The notes under the pieces: model-generated
What the model was told of the DNA's origin: nothing
Seen by the model: only the letters and a program-made list of their open reading frames with translations
Database searches by the model: none
Made by a program: the position numbers and the translations under genes
In this document: one piece after another, positions 8,561 through 17,598 of the stretch
Position numbering within the stretch: the stretch's first letter is position 1
How the letters are laid out: every line of letters begins with the position of its first letter
From: a virus
Length of the DNA stretch: 46,011 nt
IMG/VR virus record: IMGVR_UViG_3300011494_000001
Coordinates: 1-46,011 of that record
Reading direction: 5' to 3' (one strand)

Positions 8561-9713
8561 GTAATTTGCGCATCTCGGCCCAATCGCCTTCGCCGTCGAT
8601 CCAGCGGGCATACCGAGACAGCAAAATCTGTATCGAATGGCCGAGCTGCTTGGCGATGAATGCCGGTGTCATTCCGGCCATCAGGCACATGGTTGCGTAG
8701 GTGTGGCGCGCATTGTACGGGGGCCGGTAGCGAATACCCAGCGCCTTTAAAGTCGGGCGCCACTGGTGATGCAGGTCACTCGTCTGCTGGATGAACTGAG
8801 AGCTCTTGCTCGGCGGAAAGCAGAACGGGAAGTCAGTCAGCCTGCCGGATCCGGCCGCGCGCCGCTCGGCGTACTGCTTTGCGAACAGAAGGGCATGCAC
8901 TGCCCGATCATTCAGCAGGACAAACCTATCCTTCTTGGTCTTCGTCCGCTCGACGACCTTCTTCTTTGCTACGGACCTGCAGACGTGGACCGTACGCCTC
9001 TTCAAATCGACCTCTTCCCAGCGAAGGGCAGCGATCTCTCCTAACCGCATGCCGGTATAGAAAGCGAACTCGAAGAACGCAGCGTATATCTGGCTGGGCC
9101 AGTGCTCCGTTTCGTAGAGCCTGGCAATGATCCTGTCTGCCTCATCCTGCGTGAACGGGTCAACTTTCGCTTCCGTCCGCGTCGGTATGTCCAGCGCCTG
9201 AATTGGGTTCTCTGCAATCAGCCTGTCCGAAACCGCTGACTCAAGAATGGTGCTCAGCTTGTTCATGGCGTTGGCCTTCACGCCGTCCGAGGTCCATGGG
9301 ATTTGAACGACGAGCTCGCGCATGAAGGCGGTCGTCAGGTTGGGAAGGGGAGTTGTGGCCAGGTACGGCATCCACCAGACATTGAGCACTGACTTGTAGT
9401 TGTCGCGCGTGCCTTCCGAGATCGATCGGCTGTCGAGCCAGACCTGGGCGTACTGTCCGAACCCGCGCGAAACGCTCGATATGGCGTTCGGCGAGCCCGG
9501 GAAGAGCTCGGCATACTTACGCTCGTCGAAGATGCCGTGCTTGATCTGCTGGACTACTTGATCGCGTAGACGGGATGCAGCGGCAATGCCCGCTTGCGTC
9601 GGGGGGAGGGCGAGGGTTTCTGAACATCGCTTCCCGTTCCAGCTGAATCGGATGCGGATCGTATCGTTGCGTAGCTCAACTCCGGTGGGCAGCGCCATAG
9701 GCTTTCTTGCCAT
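8532..9713 (-). CDS. int: Tyrosine integrase, 393 aa
   Basis: N-terminal LPTGVELRNDTIRIRFSWNGKR arm-binding type. C-terminal YTGMRLGEI...ARHTYATMCLMAG...LGHS...LSRYARW (R, H-x-x-R-like, H, Y catalytic pattern). Confidence 0.9.
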   Translation of the reverse strand: MARKPMALPTGVELRNDTIRIRFSWNGKRCSETLALPPTQAGIAAASRLRDQVVQQIKHGIFDERKYAELFPGSPNAISSVSRGFGQYAQVWLDSRSISEGTRDNYKSVLNVWWMPYLATTPLPNLTTAFMRELVVQIPWTSDGVKANAMNKLSTILESAVSDRLIAENPIQALDIPTRTEAKVDPFTQDEADRIIARLYETEHWPSQIYAAFFEFAFYTGMRLGEIAALRWEEVDLKRRTVHVCRSVAKKKVVERTKTKKDRFVLLNDRAVHALLFAKQYAERRAAGSGRLTDFPFCFPPSKSSQFIQQTSDLHHQWRPTLKALGIRYRPPYNARHTYATMCLMAGMTPAFIAKQLGHSIQILLSRYARWIDGEGDWAEMRKLQFAPKVPQA

Positions 9714-9901
9714 TCTTCGTACCTTGATCGGCTGTAGTAGATTCGTCCATTGATGCGATTCCAGACGCCCTCGGGAATCTGGTTCCGGCTTCGCCTGCCT
9801 TCTAGGGCTCGATCGGTTGTGCCAAGTATCATGGCCATCTGCTGTTCGGTCACCTTGTCAGGGAACCACTCCGGCAGATTCTCTAGTTTCTCTGCGCCCA
9901 T
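9554..9901 (-). CDS. xis: Excisionase-like protein, 115 aa as ORF (3' 160 nt overlap int out of frame)
   Basis: GGAGGGG before ATG. ...MILGTTDRALEGRRSRNQIPEGVWNRINGRIYYSRSRYEEW... resembles lambda-type Xis. Immediately upstream of int. Confidence 0.6.
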   Translation of the reverse strand: MGAEKLENLPEWFPDKVTEQQMAMILGTTDRALEGRRSRNQIPEGVWNRINGRIYYSRSRYEEWQESLWRCPPELSYATIRSASDSAGTGSDVQKPSPSPRRKRALPLHPVYAIK

Positions 9902-9904
9902 CCC

Positions 9905-10102
9905 TCACCCCTCCAATTCCCGGCAGCCGCAGTAACTGCAGCGCTTGCCGAGGACGTTCTTCACGCATACGTTCGTGCGCTCGCCTTCTTCCTCAATCCA
10001 GACTTCCATGCGGATTCGCTGCATGTCGGACTTGGCGAGGATTTCAAACTGGCGCTTCTGCTCCTGCTCCGGCAGGCGTTTGAATGATTGGTATAGACTC
10101 AT
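9905..10102 (-). CDS. Hypothetical protein, 65 aa (C-terminal Cys cluster)
   Basis: GAGG before ATG; part of the leftward operon; ends CVKNVLGKRCSYCGC. Confidence 0.5.
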   Translation of the reverse strand: MSLYQSFKRLPEQEQKRQFEILAKSDMQRIRMEVWIEEEGERTNVCVKNVLGKRCSYCGCRELEG

Positions 10103-10111
10103 TGGGCTGCC

Positions 10112-10393
10112 TCAAAACGGAAAGTGGATAGGGTCTTCAGATCTGTCCATCCAGTCCGGGCAGACGGTGCGAAAGATTCTCAGCAGTTTTGCCAGTCGCC
10201 GGGCGCGGACCGGGCGCGGCCTGAATTCTTCGCCAGCGAAACGATCAAGCATTCCGCATATTTCGTGGTACAGATGCGTTTGGTAGCAGTCTGTCAGTGT
10301 GATGAAGCTGACACTCTCCCTGTCGAAGCCAAGGAATTCGTAGCTGTAAGGGTCGTAACCAAGCATCTGCACAAATTCGCGATGTATGGACAT
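10112..10393 (-). CDS. Hypothetical protein, 93 aa
   Basis: GGAGG 6 nt before ATG 10393; lower GC than neighbours; no family recognised. Confidence 0.5.
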   Translation of the reverse strand: MSIHREFVQMLGYDPYSYEFLGFDRESVSFITLTDCYQTHLYHEICGMLDRFAGEEFRPRPVRARRLAKLLRIFRTVCPDWMDRSEDPIHFPF

Positions 10394-10444
10394 GTCTCTA
10401 CCTCCCCGCCGACTCTCGCCGGCAGGCTGTGTGTTTGGGTGGGG

Positions 10445-10678
10445 TTAGGGGGTGATGCCGGCTCGACGATCAAGCCAGTCGGCAACCTCAATGCAGGCGT
10501 TGGCCAGTTCGCGCAGCTCGCCGCTGTCGTAGTAGGTCTTGACGTGATCGCCGTCGTCATCGACGGTCGTGCCCTTGAGCTCTCTTTGTTCAGCGCGAAC
10601 TGTAGGGCCGAAATTGCCTAGTAATTTCATCCACGATTTCGCCCCGGCGCTGATATCGCTATCGAAGTCGAACGACAT
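10445..10678 (-). CDS. Hypothetical acidic protein, 77 aa
   Basis: AAGGAGG in the upstream gene's 3' end; ATG 2 nt after the upstream stop. Confidence 0.5.
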   Translation of the reverse strand: MSFDFDSDISAGAKSWMKLLGNFGPTVRAEQRELKGTTVDDDGDHVKTYYDSGELRELANACIEVADWLDRRAGITP

Positions 10679-10679
10679 A

Positions 10680-11234
10680 TCACGCCTCCTTCGCAGCCAT
10701 GGCGGCGCGTAGTTCTGCTGCCATCTCGGCGCGCGCTGCCTTGCCTTCCTCTGCGTCGCGATCCAGGGCGTTCAGGATCATGGCGTGGATCGGCCTAAGC
10801 GCCTCGACCTTGGCGCGGAGCTGTTCATTGCGTGCCGCGTAGTAACTGACATCAACGCGGCTCTCGCTTAGCTCTCCGGCTACCATATCCCGCTCGGCGA
10901 TCACCTCGTCGCGCTCAGCAAATGCTTCGACCATCTGACCATGAGCCTCAGCGAGCACCCTATCCCGCTCGGCGGTCACGGCTGACAGGGCGGCGCCCAT
11001 ACGGCGCACGATCTCTTCAACCTGCTGCACGCGCGGCTCCTCGTCCGCGCTTACGTCGAGCCGGTCCAGCAGGTGCAGGGCCATCCACGCATCGCTGCCC
11101 ATCTCGACTGACCCTTCCGCCTCTGCAGGCTGGGCGAGGATGGCGCGAAGTTCCTTCCTGGCGGCCTTCATCTTCGCAGGGCCCATGCTGCAAACACCTG
11201 CCAGCAGCTCCCGATCAACCAATACCTTGCTCAT
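10680..11234 (-). CDS. Hypothetical coiled-coil protein, 184 aa
   Basis: GGAGAGAAAGGA before ATG; Ala/Glu/Arg-rich heptad-like sequence; high GC3. Confidence 0.6.
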   Translation of the reverse strand: MSKVLVDRELLAGVCSMGPAKMKAARKELRAILAQPAEAEGSVEMGSDAWMALHLLDRLDVSADEEPRVQQVEEIVRRMGAALSAVTAERDRVLAEAHGQMVEAFAERDEVIAERDMVAGELSESRVDVSYYAARNEQLRAKVEALRPIHAMILNALDRDAEEGKAARAEMAAELRAAMAAKEA

Positions 11235-11306
11235 TCCTTTCTCTCCTGCACGCTATGAGCGCCCTATATTTTCAGTGCCCGGCTGGACGCCTTGATTGCC
11301 GCTGGC

Positions 11307-11753
11307 TCAGCGGTGCTGATGCCCAGACTGATGATCAGGTAGCCACGGCCACGGCTCGCCGATGCGCTCGAGATACGCGCGCAGTTTCGCTGGCGTCGCG
11401 TAGCCGATCAGCATGGCGGCACGGGTGCGAGACATCCCCTCTGCGGCCAGCCGGCGCGCTGCATCGGCAACCGACTCCCCCATCGCCTCCTGATAGCGCC
11501 TGGCGACGCAACCGCGCCTCTGCCGCCATGGGTAGGCGATGCCGCGAGCCTGCAGGTAGCGCCGCAGCATCGCCGTCGTGCGGAACCCCAGCTCGCGCGC
11601 GATCTCGTCAGGGTGCCATTCGCTCATCCGCCGCGCTGCGTCCTGAACACGCTCTCCGGTTCGCTGGTAGTAGGCCGTGGCTACCTGGCGGGAGATGCAG
11701 GCGCTCATTGCTCGGCTGTCCATTGGGCCGGCTACCTTCAGTGTGTCGTTCAT
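11307..11753 (-). CDS. Hypothetical protein with two tandem helix-turn-helix-like repeats, 148 aa
   Basis: ATGA coupling upstream. Internal duplication: GERVQDAARRMSE...LRRYLQARGIAYPW versus GESVADAARRLAA...LRAYLERIGEPWPW. Confidence 0.55.
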   Translation of the reverse strand: MNDTLKVAGPMDSRAMSACISRQVATAYYQRTGERVQDAARRMSEWHPDEIARELGFRTTAMLRRYLQARGIAYPWRQRRGCVARRYQEAMGESVADAARRLAAEGMSRTRAAMLIGYATPAKLRAYLERIGEPWPWLPDHQSGHQHR

Positions 11754-12154
11754 TGCTCATGCTCCTTGATTGTGGCCAGCGGCAGCCCGCTCATTGCCAG
11801 TGGCTCGTCGTAGCAGACGCCCATCATCTCGGGCCATTTGCGCGGCTCGCCTGGCTGAATGACGCCTTGGTCGTGTGCGCGATCCCATGACAAGCGATGC
11901 CGGATGACCTGATACAAGTCCCACGCAACGCCATCCTCTCGGCGCTTTGTGGCCTCCGGCATCAGCGTGTTCGCCAGGCGCTGTATCTCGTGCCGCGTGG
12001 CGTGGACCTGCTCCCAGTCGCGCCGGTCGTAGAAGCCCGGCAGCCGCTCAATGGCGTGGTCGATCTGGCCGATCTTGATGCGCGCCAGTAGCTCGCAGGC
12101 CTCTTGCAGCTCGGCGGCCTGGCGCTCGGTTACGGTTATGGTGTAGGTGCGCAT
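11750..12154 (-). CDS. Hypothetical protein, 134 aa
   Basis: AGGAGG before ATG 12154; high GC3; ATGA coupling to the downstream gene. Confidence 0.6.
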   Translation of the reverse strand: MRTYTITVTERQAAELQEACELLARIKIGQIDHAIERLPGFYDRRDWEQVHATRHEIQRLANTLMPEATKRREDGVAWDLYQVIRHRLSWDRAHDQGVIQPGEPRKWPEMMGVCYDEPLAMSGLPLATIKEHEQ

Positions 12155-12249
12155 GGCGCCTCCTTTGGCGGCTCCGGTGGGCGGCAGCGGTAGCAGTCAC
12201 AGATGCCAATCCGCTGGCCAGATGTGCGGCAGTAGGTCGGGGCGTTCAT
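12139..12249 (-). CDS. Possible Cys-rich micro-ORF, 36 aa (MNAPTYCRTSGQRIGICDCYRCRPPEPPKEAPCAPTP)
   Basis: ATG 12249 overlaps the methyltransferase stop (ATGA). Below the track's size cutoff. Translated by hand. Confidence 0.3.
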
Positions 12250-13892
12250 TTGTGGATGGCAGTCAGGATCACGACGGCAGTGCTCGTGCCGGCGAACTCG
12301 TTGTCGTAGATGCGTGAATAGTCGTGCGCGAAGCCCGGCAGCAGATCCTTGCCTTTGGCGCTGGCCGGCAGGATTGCCACAAGGCGCCCATCAGGCTTGA
12401 GCAGCGCAGCAGCTGCCTCCAGGTGTGCCTGCCAGCGACCTTCGCTGAATGGCGGATTCATCACGATCCGGTCGGCCTTGGGCTGGCCTGGTGCCCACTT
12501 CAGAAAGTCCGCCTCAATGACGCTGTGCCCCTTGGCTCGCAGGATCTCGCAGTGCAATGGGCTGATCTCGACGCAGGTCGTTTGCAGCTGCGGCAGATGA
12601 TCGGCAATGCCGCCCTGGCCAGCGCTCGGCTCAAGCACGCCGTGGTGCGGCTCGATCTGCGCCAGCTCAGCCGCTGCCAGCGCGATGTTCTCCGGGGTCG
12701 GGTAGAACTGGTGCGATTTCTGGTCAGGAATGCAGCCAGAGCACACTACTGCGTCCAGCACCTCGACCGGGTTGTAATCGAACTGCCAGTAGTGGCCGAC
12801 CTTTGCCGCGCCAAGCGCCTGCAGAACCTTTTCCGCTTCTGCCATTGCGGCCTTGTCGTGCTGGCCATAGTCGAAGCGCATCGCGTTCGGCACCTCCTTG
12901 TATCGCTCCGGCCAGCCGTCCAGCTTCTCGCTGACTTGGCGCATCCCGGCGAGCAGGTCAACCACGGCGAACGGCAGCGGCCTGTCGAACAGCTCGAAGT
13001 CCTTGAGCTTCTTGGTGCGCTTCGGCTTTGTTCTTAGCTCAGCCGGTATAGCTGTCGGGTGCAGATTGGCTAGGATCGCATTGAGGCGCCACGCCATGTC
13101 CGGGTGAACTTCAAGGTGAGCCGTTGCCACGCCACCGTAGACGCGAATCCTCAGCGCTCCGCCGTCAACCGACATCCACTGCCCATTCTGCCGGCTGGCC
13201 GCCTTGATCACGGGGTCGGTAGAGCCATGCTTTGGCTCGTCGCGCCCCATGAACTTGGCGATCACGCAGCGCAGGTCGTTGATATGCCCGGCCGTCCCGT
13301 AGCTGAACACACCCTGGATGATCATGCGCTTGCCGAAGCCCTGTGGCTGGTTGGTCACGTGCTGCCGGCTCAGCGCCCGGAAGATCCCGTCTACGCGCTC
13401 AGCTAGGAACTGTGAGCGGCTGTGCAGCAGGCTGGTAAGCGTCGACCGCACCGTTGCCTCCTCGAACTCAGGAAGCGCGGGCAGCTCATTCTCTCCGCTG
13501 TACTTGCTGGCCCTGCGGCCTTCCGGGTTGCGGATCTGCTCGTGCCACTCTTCGCGGCGCTTCTGCGGCATGTAGTCCATCACGTCCGTCATGCGCAGTG
13601 CGCGGCTCCAGAAGTCCGCGTTGAGCTGGGCAATGGCGCCCTCGACGCGGAACAGCGCTTCAACCGTGGTCGGCATACTGTGCCGCTGCTCCCGCACGTT
13701 GCCTTCGACGAAGTAGTGCAGGGCCGATGCGTTCTGGCCGTCTCGCACAGCCTCTGCCAGCGCCTCGATGTTGCTGCGCGCCGCGTTGTATTGGCCGATC
13801 AAGCCGTCAACCAGATCGGCAGACATTGGGGCGAAGAACTCGGAAGCGTCCTCTACCAGCTCGCCGTCCAGGTGTTTGGCTACTGCTGTCAT
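12246..13892 (-). CDS. N6-adenine DNA methyltransferase with long (~380 aa) N-terminal domain, 548 aa
   Basis: C-terminal motif I VLEPSAGQGGI and motif IV DRIVMNPPF. ATG 13892 overlaps the upstream stop (ATGA). The track ORF extends 11 codons further. Confidence 0.8.
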   Translation of the reverse strand: MTAVAKHLDGELVEDASEFFAPMSADLVDGLIGQYNAARSNIEALAEAVRDGQNASALHYFVEGNVREQRHSMPTTVEALFRVEGAIAQLNADFWSRALRMTDVMDYMPQKRREEWHEQIRNPEGRRASKYSGENELPALPEFEEATVRSTLTSLLHSRSQFLAERVDGIFRALSRQHVTNQPQGFGKRMIIQGVFSYGTAGHINDLRCVIAKFMGRDEPKHGSTDPVIKAASRQNGQWMSVDGGALRIRVYGGVATAHLEVHPDMAWRLNAILANLHPTAIPAELRTKPKRTKKLKDFELFDRPLPFAVVDLLAGMRQVSEKLDGWPERYKEVPNAMRFDYGQHDKAAMAEAEKVLQALGAAKVGHYWQFDYNPVEVLDAVVCSGCIPDQKSHQFYPTPENIALAAAELAQIEPHHGVLEPSAGQGGIADHLPQLQTTCVEISPLHCEILRAKGHSVIEADFLKWAPGQPKADRIVMNPPFSEGRWQAHLEAAAALLKPDGRLVAILPASAKGKDLLPGFAHDYSRIYDNEFAGTSTAVVILTAIHK

Positions 13893-14341
13893 GCTGCTTG
13901 CTCCTGTGCCTTCCACGCCCCGCACGCCTCGAAGATCCGCGCGGCCTGCGCCTCGTCCAGGCCCTTGCCGCCCGGAACAGCAATCCAGCCTGAACTGACC
14001 AGGTGGTTCGGGTTGCAGCCGTCCAGCAGTTCGCGGTAGTAGTGTTCGAGTGCGCTGGCTAGCGTCTCGGACTTGAACATTCCGTCCGGCGCAATCTCGG
14101 TCGACTTCATGTAGGTCTCGCCCTTCGCGTCGACGCAGAACGCTCCGATATAGATGACCCAGCGGTGCGAGATATCGCAGAGGGCGCCCATGACCTGCCG
14201 GCTTGGCGCGATGGCCCGGACGTCTCGCCAGTCGATCAGGTACTGGTCGTCGTTCTCCATGCGCACGACGGCGACACGATGCAGGCGCAGCAGCGATCGA
14301 CTGACCTTTTCAAGCCTGGCCCTGGGTATGTTGCTTTTCAT
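13889..14341 (-). CDS. Hypothetical protein, ~150 aa
   Basis: ATG 14341 gives ATGA overlap with the upstream stop (alternative ATG 14347); high GC3. Confidence 0.6.
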   Translation of the reverse strand: MKSNIPRARLEKVSRSLLRLHRVAVVRMENDDQYLIDWRDVRAIAPSRQVMGALCDISHRWVIYIGAFCVDAKGETYMKSTEIAPDGMFKSETLASALEHYYRELLDGCNPNHLVSSGWIAVPGGKGLDEAQAARIFEACGAWKAQEQAA

Positions 14342-14628
14342 GGCCACACCTCGCGCAGCGCCTCATTCTGCTTGGCCTGCGGAGTGCCGCGCTTGCGAAG
14401 GGGCAGGCTGTTGACGGAGGCGGATCGGCGGCTTCCGCGCGCACGGCTCTTGGCGTCTGCCTCTGGATTGCAGGAGTTGTTGAACATTGCCGGTTTTACG
14501 GGGGCTGGCTTGCCGATGCTGTCCGGCAGCTGCTGGATCTTGCCGCCAGCGTTCAGGTATGCAGCCGTGGCGGACTCAATTTGCGCGCGCAGGGGCTCGC
14601 CACGCGCAATGGCAGATGTGTCGATCAT
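14338..14628 (-). CDS. Hypothetical protein, 96 aa
   Basis: Internal ATG 14628 chosen because the upstream part of the track ORF is Ser/Arg-rich junk overlapping the SSB-like gene. No clear SD. Confidence 0.45.
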   Translation of the reverse strand: MIDTSAIARGEPLRAQIESATAAYLNAGGKIQQLPDSIGKPAPVKPAMFNNSCNPEADAKSRARGSRRSASVNSLPLRKRGTPQAKQNEALREVWP

Positions 14629-14677
14629 GTGGATGTACCGGGGAGGAGGGCGCGCTGGGCGCCCGGGGTGGATCAGG

Positions 14678-14977
14678 TCAGAACGGCACGTCTTGGTCGT
14701 ACGGGTCAGGCTGTGCGGCTTGGCGTGCTGGCTGTTGGCGCTGTTGCTGCTGCGGCTGCCCTTGCTGCTGATCGTCGCGCGGCTCAAACAGGGCCAGCCA
14801 GATCGAGCCGTCCTCGTCGACCTTGCAGCCGGCCGGGTTGAAGAAGGCGTCCATCTTCATGCGGAAGCCCTTGTCGGTCTGGATGACCGCGCCGACTTTC
14901 CGGCTGATGTACTTGGTCTCGCCGTTCTTCTCGTACTTTCCGACCGTGGCTACCACGTCGTATTTGTGCTTGGCCAT
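14678..14977 (-). CDS. SSB-like single-strand DNA-binding protein, 99 aa
   Basis: Gln-rich linker and acidic tail ...PDPYDQDVPF resembling the SSB C-terminal DDDIPF tip. GGAG before ATG. Sits in the recombination module. Confidence 0.6.
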   Translation of the reverse strand: MAKHKYDVVATVGKYEKNGETKYISRKVGAVIQTDKGFRMKMDAFFNPAGCKVDEDGSIWLALFEPRDDQQQGQPQQQQRQQPARQAAQPDPYDQDVPF

Positions 14978-14986
14978 TCTGGCTCC

Positions 14987-15484
14987 TTACTTGATGCGGA
15001 TGGATGATTGGCCGCGCTCTAGGCGCGCACCGGGCACTTCCTCGCCGGCCTTAAGCTTGGCGGCGATGGCAGTCTTGTCTGGCGCGATCTCGGTCTTCAC
15101 GCGCATCAGGTCGTCCGGGATGCTGTTCTCGTCATCCACGACGACCGACTCGCGGCCTTTGGCCAGGGTGATGGTGAAGAGCGGGCAGCTGATCTTCGTC
15201 ATGCCGCACGCTTCCATGTTTTCGCGCAGGTACTCCTTGATCTCGCGCTGGCGGTTGGTGACCAGCCGCTTGCGCTCCTGCAGGCGTTCGATCTCCTTGT
15301 CGAGTGCAGCAACGTCGGCGTCGAAGTTCAGGATGACGTGCGACACGGCCAGCGCCTTTTCGTTGAACTCGGCTTCGATGCCGGCCATCGTGTCGCGGAT
15401 GGCGACGGCCATATCCTCGTCGGCCGTCTCCTGCAGCGTGGCCAGCTCCTTGAACTGGCCGGTGATCTCGTAGAGTGCGCTCAT
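14987..15484 (-). CDS. Siphovirus Gp157-family protein, 165 aa
   Basis: Sequence flavour (MSALYEITGQFKEL..., coiled-coil, C-terminal ...IPDDLMRVKTEIAPDK) as recalled for the Gp157 family. ATGA coupling with the upstream recombinase. Confidence 0.6.
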   Translation of the reverse strand: MSALYEITGQFKELATLQETADEDMAVAIRDTMAGIEAEFNEKALAVSHVILNFDADVAALDKEIERLQERKRLVTNRQREIKEYLRENMEACGMTKISCPLFTITLAKGRESVVVDDENSIPDDLMRVKTEIAPDKTAIAAKLKAGEEVPGARLERGQSSIRIK

Positions 15485-16209
15485 GCTGCGGCCTCCTGCT
15501 TAGGCTCAAGCTGGGCTTTGCGCTCATCGAATGCCATGGCTAGGCGCTTGACGAACTTGTCCTCATTGCGGCGCGTCGCGCTGCGGACGTAAGAAGCGTG
15601 GAGCTTGGAAAGCTCGTGCATGGTCTGCGCGCCGGCCATTGTGTCGAGCGCAGCCTTGAGCCAGTCGAGCCGCTCTTGCGCTTGGCGCGCCGCCTCGGCT
15701 TCCTTGTTCTCGGCTTGCTCAAGCTGGGCCTCGGCCTCACGCTCAGCCACGTAGTCGCGGTCGTCGTAGAGCCCGAGGAAGATGTCAGCGCTAAAGCCGA
15801 GCATCGCCAGCGCCTTCTTCACAGCATCGGTGAGCGACTTCTTCGGCGCCTCGGTGTCCGTGGTGACGCCCCACTTGCTCTTGTAGGTGAACGGCGTGCA
15901 TCCGTACTGCTCGACCTCGCCGCGCTTGTCGCCCTGCATGAACCAGAGCTTGACGCGGATGGTGTGGCCGACCTCGTGGCCGATCAGTTCGCCCTTGTCG
16001 TTGCGGATCTCGCCGCCCTGGTCGAAGCGCTCCTCGGCGACCGTCCAGCCCCAGCCGATACCGACCGGGCCGAACACCTCCGTTGCGCGCTTGATCATGT
16101 GCTGGCCGCTGATCGAGGTGATCTGCTGGCCGTTGACCTTCGCGGACTTGGTGGCCTCTGGGGCGGTCTTCTCAACCTGGCTCCAGATGCTCATGTTCTG
16201 GTTGCTCAT
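15481..16209 (-). CDS. Rad52/Sak-type single-strand annealing recombinase, 242 aa
   Basis: GGAGG 6 nt before ATG 16209 (track start 16215 is TTG). ...FGPVGIGWGW... and ...KSLTDAVKKALAMLGFSADIFLG... resemble Rad52-family motifs. Confidence 0.7.
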   Translation of the reverse strand: MSNQNMSIWSQVEKTAPEATKSAKVNGQQITSISGQHMIKRATEVFGPVGIGWGWTVAEERFDQGGEIRNDKGELIGHEVGHTIRVKLWFMQGDKRGEVEQYGCTPFTYKSKWGVTTDTEAPKKSLTDAVKKALAMLGFSADIFLGLYDDRDYVAEREAEAQLEQAENKEAEAARQAQERLDWLKAALDTMAGAQTMHELSKLHASYVRSATRRNEDKFVKRLAMAFDERKAQLEPKQEAAA

Positions 16210-16211
16210 GC

Positions 16212-16382
16212 TCAACCTCCGAATAGGTAGTAAATCGCCGCCTCACTGAAGAGGCCGACGATCAGCGTTGCGGAAAGGACGCCGAACCCGGTAAGGGTCC
16301 ACCACGCCGCTGCGAATGAGTGGCCTGTGGGGGTGTCGTCGTGCGGGCCGGTGTCGTAGGGGAGGGGGAGGGTGCGGTTCAT
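16212..16382 (-). CDS. Small membrane protein, 56 aa
   Basis: ATG 16382 overlaps the upstream stop (ATGA). C-terminal TM WWTLTGFGVLSATLIVGLF. Confidence 0.5.
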   Translation of the reverse strand: MNRTLPLPYDTGPHDDTPTGHSFAAAWWTLTGFGVLSATLIVGLFSEAAIYYLFGG

Positions 16383-16915
16383 GGGGTCACCTTGCGGTAG
16401 CCGGATTCGTAAACTCGCTTGGCGATGTAGCGGCACTCTGGAGACAGCGACAGGTCATCAAGAATGGTGTCAATCGCCTTCTCCCGCTCTTCCGCCGCAA
16501 TCTGCTCGGGCGTGCGGATGACGTTAAAGTCAACCTTGTCTGTTCGCGTGGAGATCGGAGTTCCCGGCACGCCAGTATCTAGCCAAACGAAATCAGCGTG
16601 ATAGGCGAGGATGGTGCAGCGGCGGGGCTCTATCGTGTCGAACCCCCACTGCGAATTGTGCGGGGCCACCTCACACACCGTCCCAACTGGCGGCAGGCCT
16701 TCGCCTGACCATGCTGGCTGAGCCACATGGCGAGGTATGCACTTCTCAATCGGGAGAGGATTGCGGTCTATCATCCATTTTCCCCACAGACCATCGGCGC
16801 GTGAGTAGTAACGCTGCCCCTCCTGCTCCTTAACCCAGCAAGCGACATAGCAGTCATATTCATCGTGCCAATGCGTTGCATCTTCCGGCGCCTTGCTCCA
16901 GTCGATCTCTTTCAT
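16379..16915 (-). CDS. Hypothetical protein, 178 aa
   Basis: ATGA coupling on both sides; high GC3; no family named. Confidence 0.65.
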   Translation of the reverse strand: MKEIDWSKAPEDATHWHDEYDCYVACWVKEQEGQRYYSRADGLWGKWMIDRNPLPIEKCIPRHVAQPAWSGEGLPPVGTVCEVAPHNSQWGFDTIEPRRCTILAYHADFVWLDTGVPGTPISTRTDKVDFNVIRTPEQIAAEEREKAIDTILDDLSLSPECRYIAKRVYESGYRKVTP

Positions 16916-17001
16916 CCCGTCACCTTCCCTGCCAGTCCGCTAATCACAGCCAGCAGCGAGAACACTGCCAGGCCGTAGCCGTGAAATTTGATCGCTTCCA
17001 T
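16912..17001 (-). CDS. Micro-ORF, 29-aa hydrophobic peptide (MEAIKFHGYGLAVFSLLAVISGLAGKVTG)
   Basis: Hand translation. Start overlaps the previous stop (TGATG) and the stop overlaps the next ATG (ATGA). Confidence 0.35.
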   Translation of the reverse strand: MEAIKFHGYGLAVFSLLAVISGLAGKVTG

Positions 17002-17105
17002 CACACACCCCCTAATAGCGCCACGTAGGCGAGAGCCGCTAAGAAAGGAGCCACTCCGCAATACAGCAGGAAGGCGCCGGCCAGATCCTTGAGTTGGATG
17101 GTCAT
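17001..17105 (-). CDS. Micro-ORF, 34-aa hydrophobic peptide (MTIQLKDLAGAFLLYCGVAPFLAALAYVALLGGV)
   Basis: Hand translation. ATG 17105 overlaps the upstream stop (ATGA) behind an AGGAGAG SD. Confidence 0.35.
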   Translation of the reverse strand: MTIQLKDLAGAFLLYCGVAPFLAALAYVALLGGV

Positions 17106-17299
17106 GGCTGCTCTCCTTGCAGGGCCTCGCCAAGAGTTACAAACCGGAATGAATCAGGCAGCTTTACAGCCTCAATTGAGCCGCCAGATAGGGACTGGAT
17201 CATGTGGATCAAAACGTCCTGGCACTCGGCCGGGAATTTGATGTGGCATACCGCTCCGTCAATCTCTGCGGTGATCTGCAGCCGTGTGATTCGTGTCAT
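17102..17299 (-). CDS. Hypothetical protein, 65 aa
   Basis: ATG 17299 overlaps the upstream stop (ATGA). The upstream part of the track ORF is out-of-frame overlap. Confidence 0.5.
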   Translation of the reverse strand: MTRITRLQITAEIDGAVCHIKFPAECQDVLIHMIQSLSGGSIEAVKLPDSFRFVTLGEALQGEQP

Positions 17300-17598
17300 G
17301 GCTGGGCTCCTTTCCAACTGACTTCTAGCCACATGTCGACGAACTGGCCTTCGTAGCAGAAAATCTGGCACTGATAGCCGAGCGCAGTCAGTTGCTTGAT
17401 GATCGCCTTGCCGAGCTCCGGCCACTTGTCTTCCGTCGAGTAGTAGCAGCCGTCACCGAAGCCAAACTGGCGAATCTGAATCTCGTACTTTCCGTCACCG
17501 GCAGCCGCGTCGACCATTGCGAGGATTGCGTCAACCGTGGATGACGGGTCCTTCGCCTTTGCCTTGTCGCGGGCTTGATCTGCTGTGATTCGAGTCAT
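17296..17598 (-). CDS. Hypothetical protein, 100 aa
   Basis: ATGA coupling on both sides; AGGAGAG SD; high GC3. Confidence 0.6.
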   Translation of the reverse strand: MTRITADQARDKAKAKDPSSTVDAILAMVDAAAGDGKYEIQIRQFGFGDGCYYSTEDKWPELGKAIIKQLTALGYQCQIFCYEGQFVDMWLEVSWKGAQP

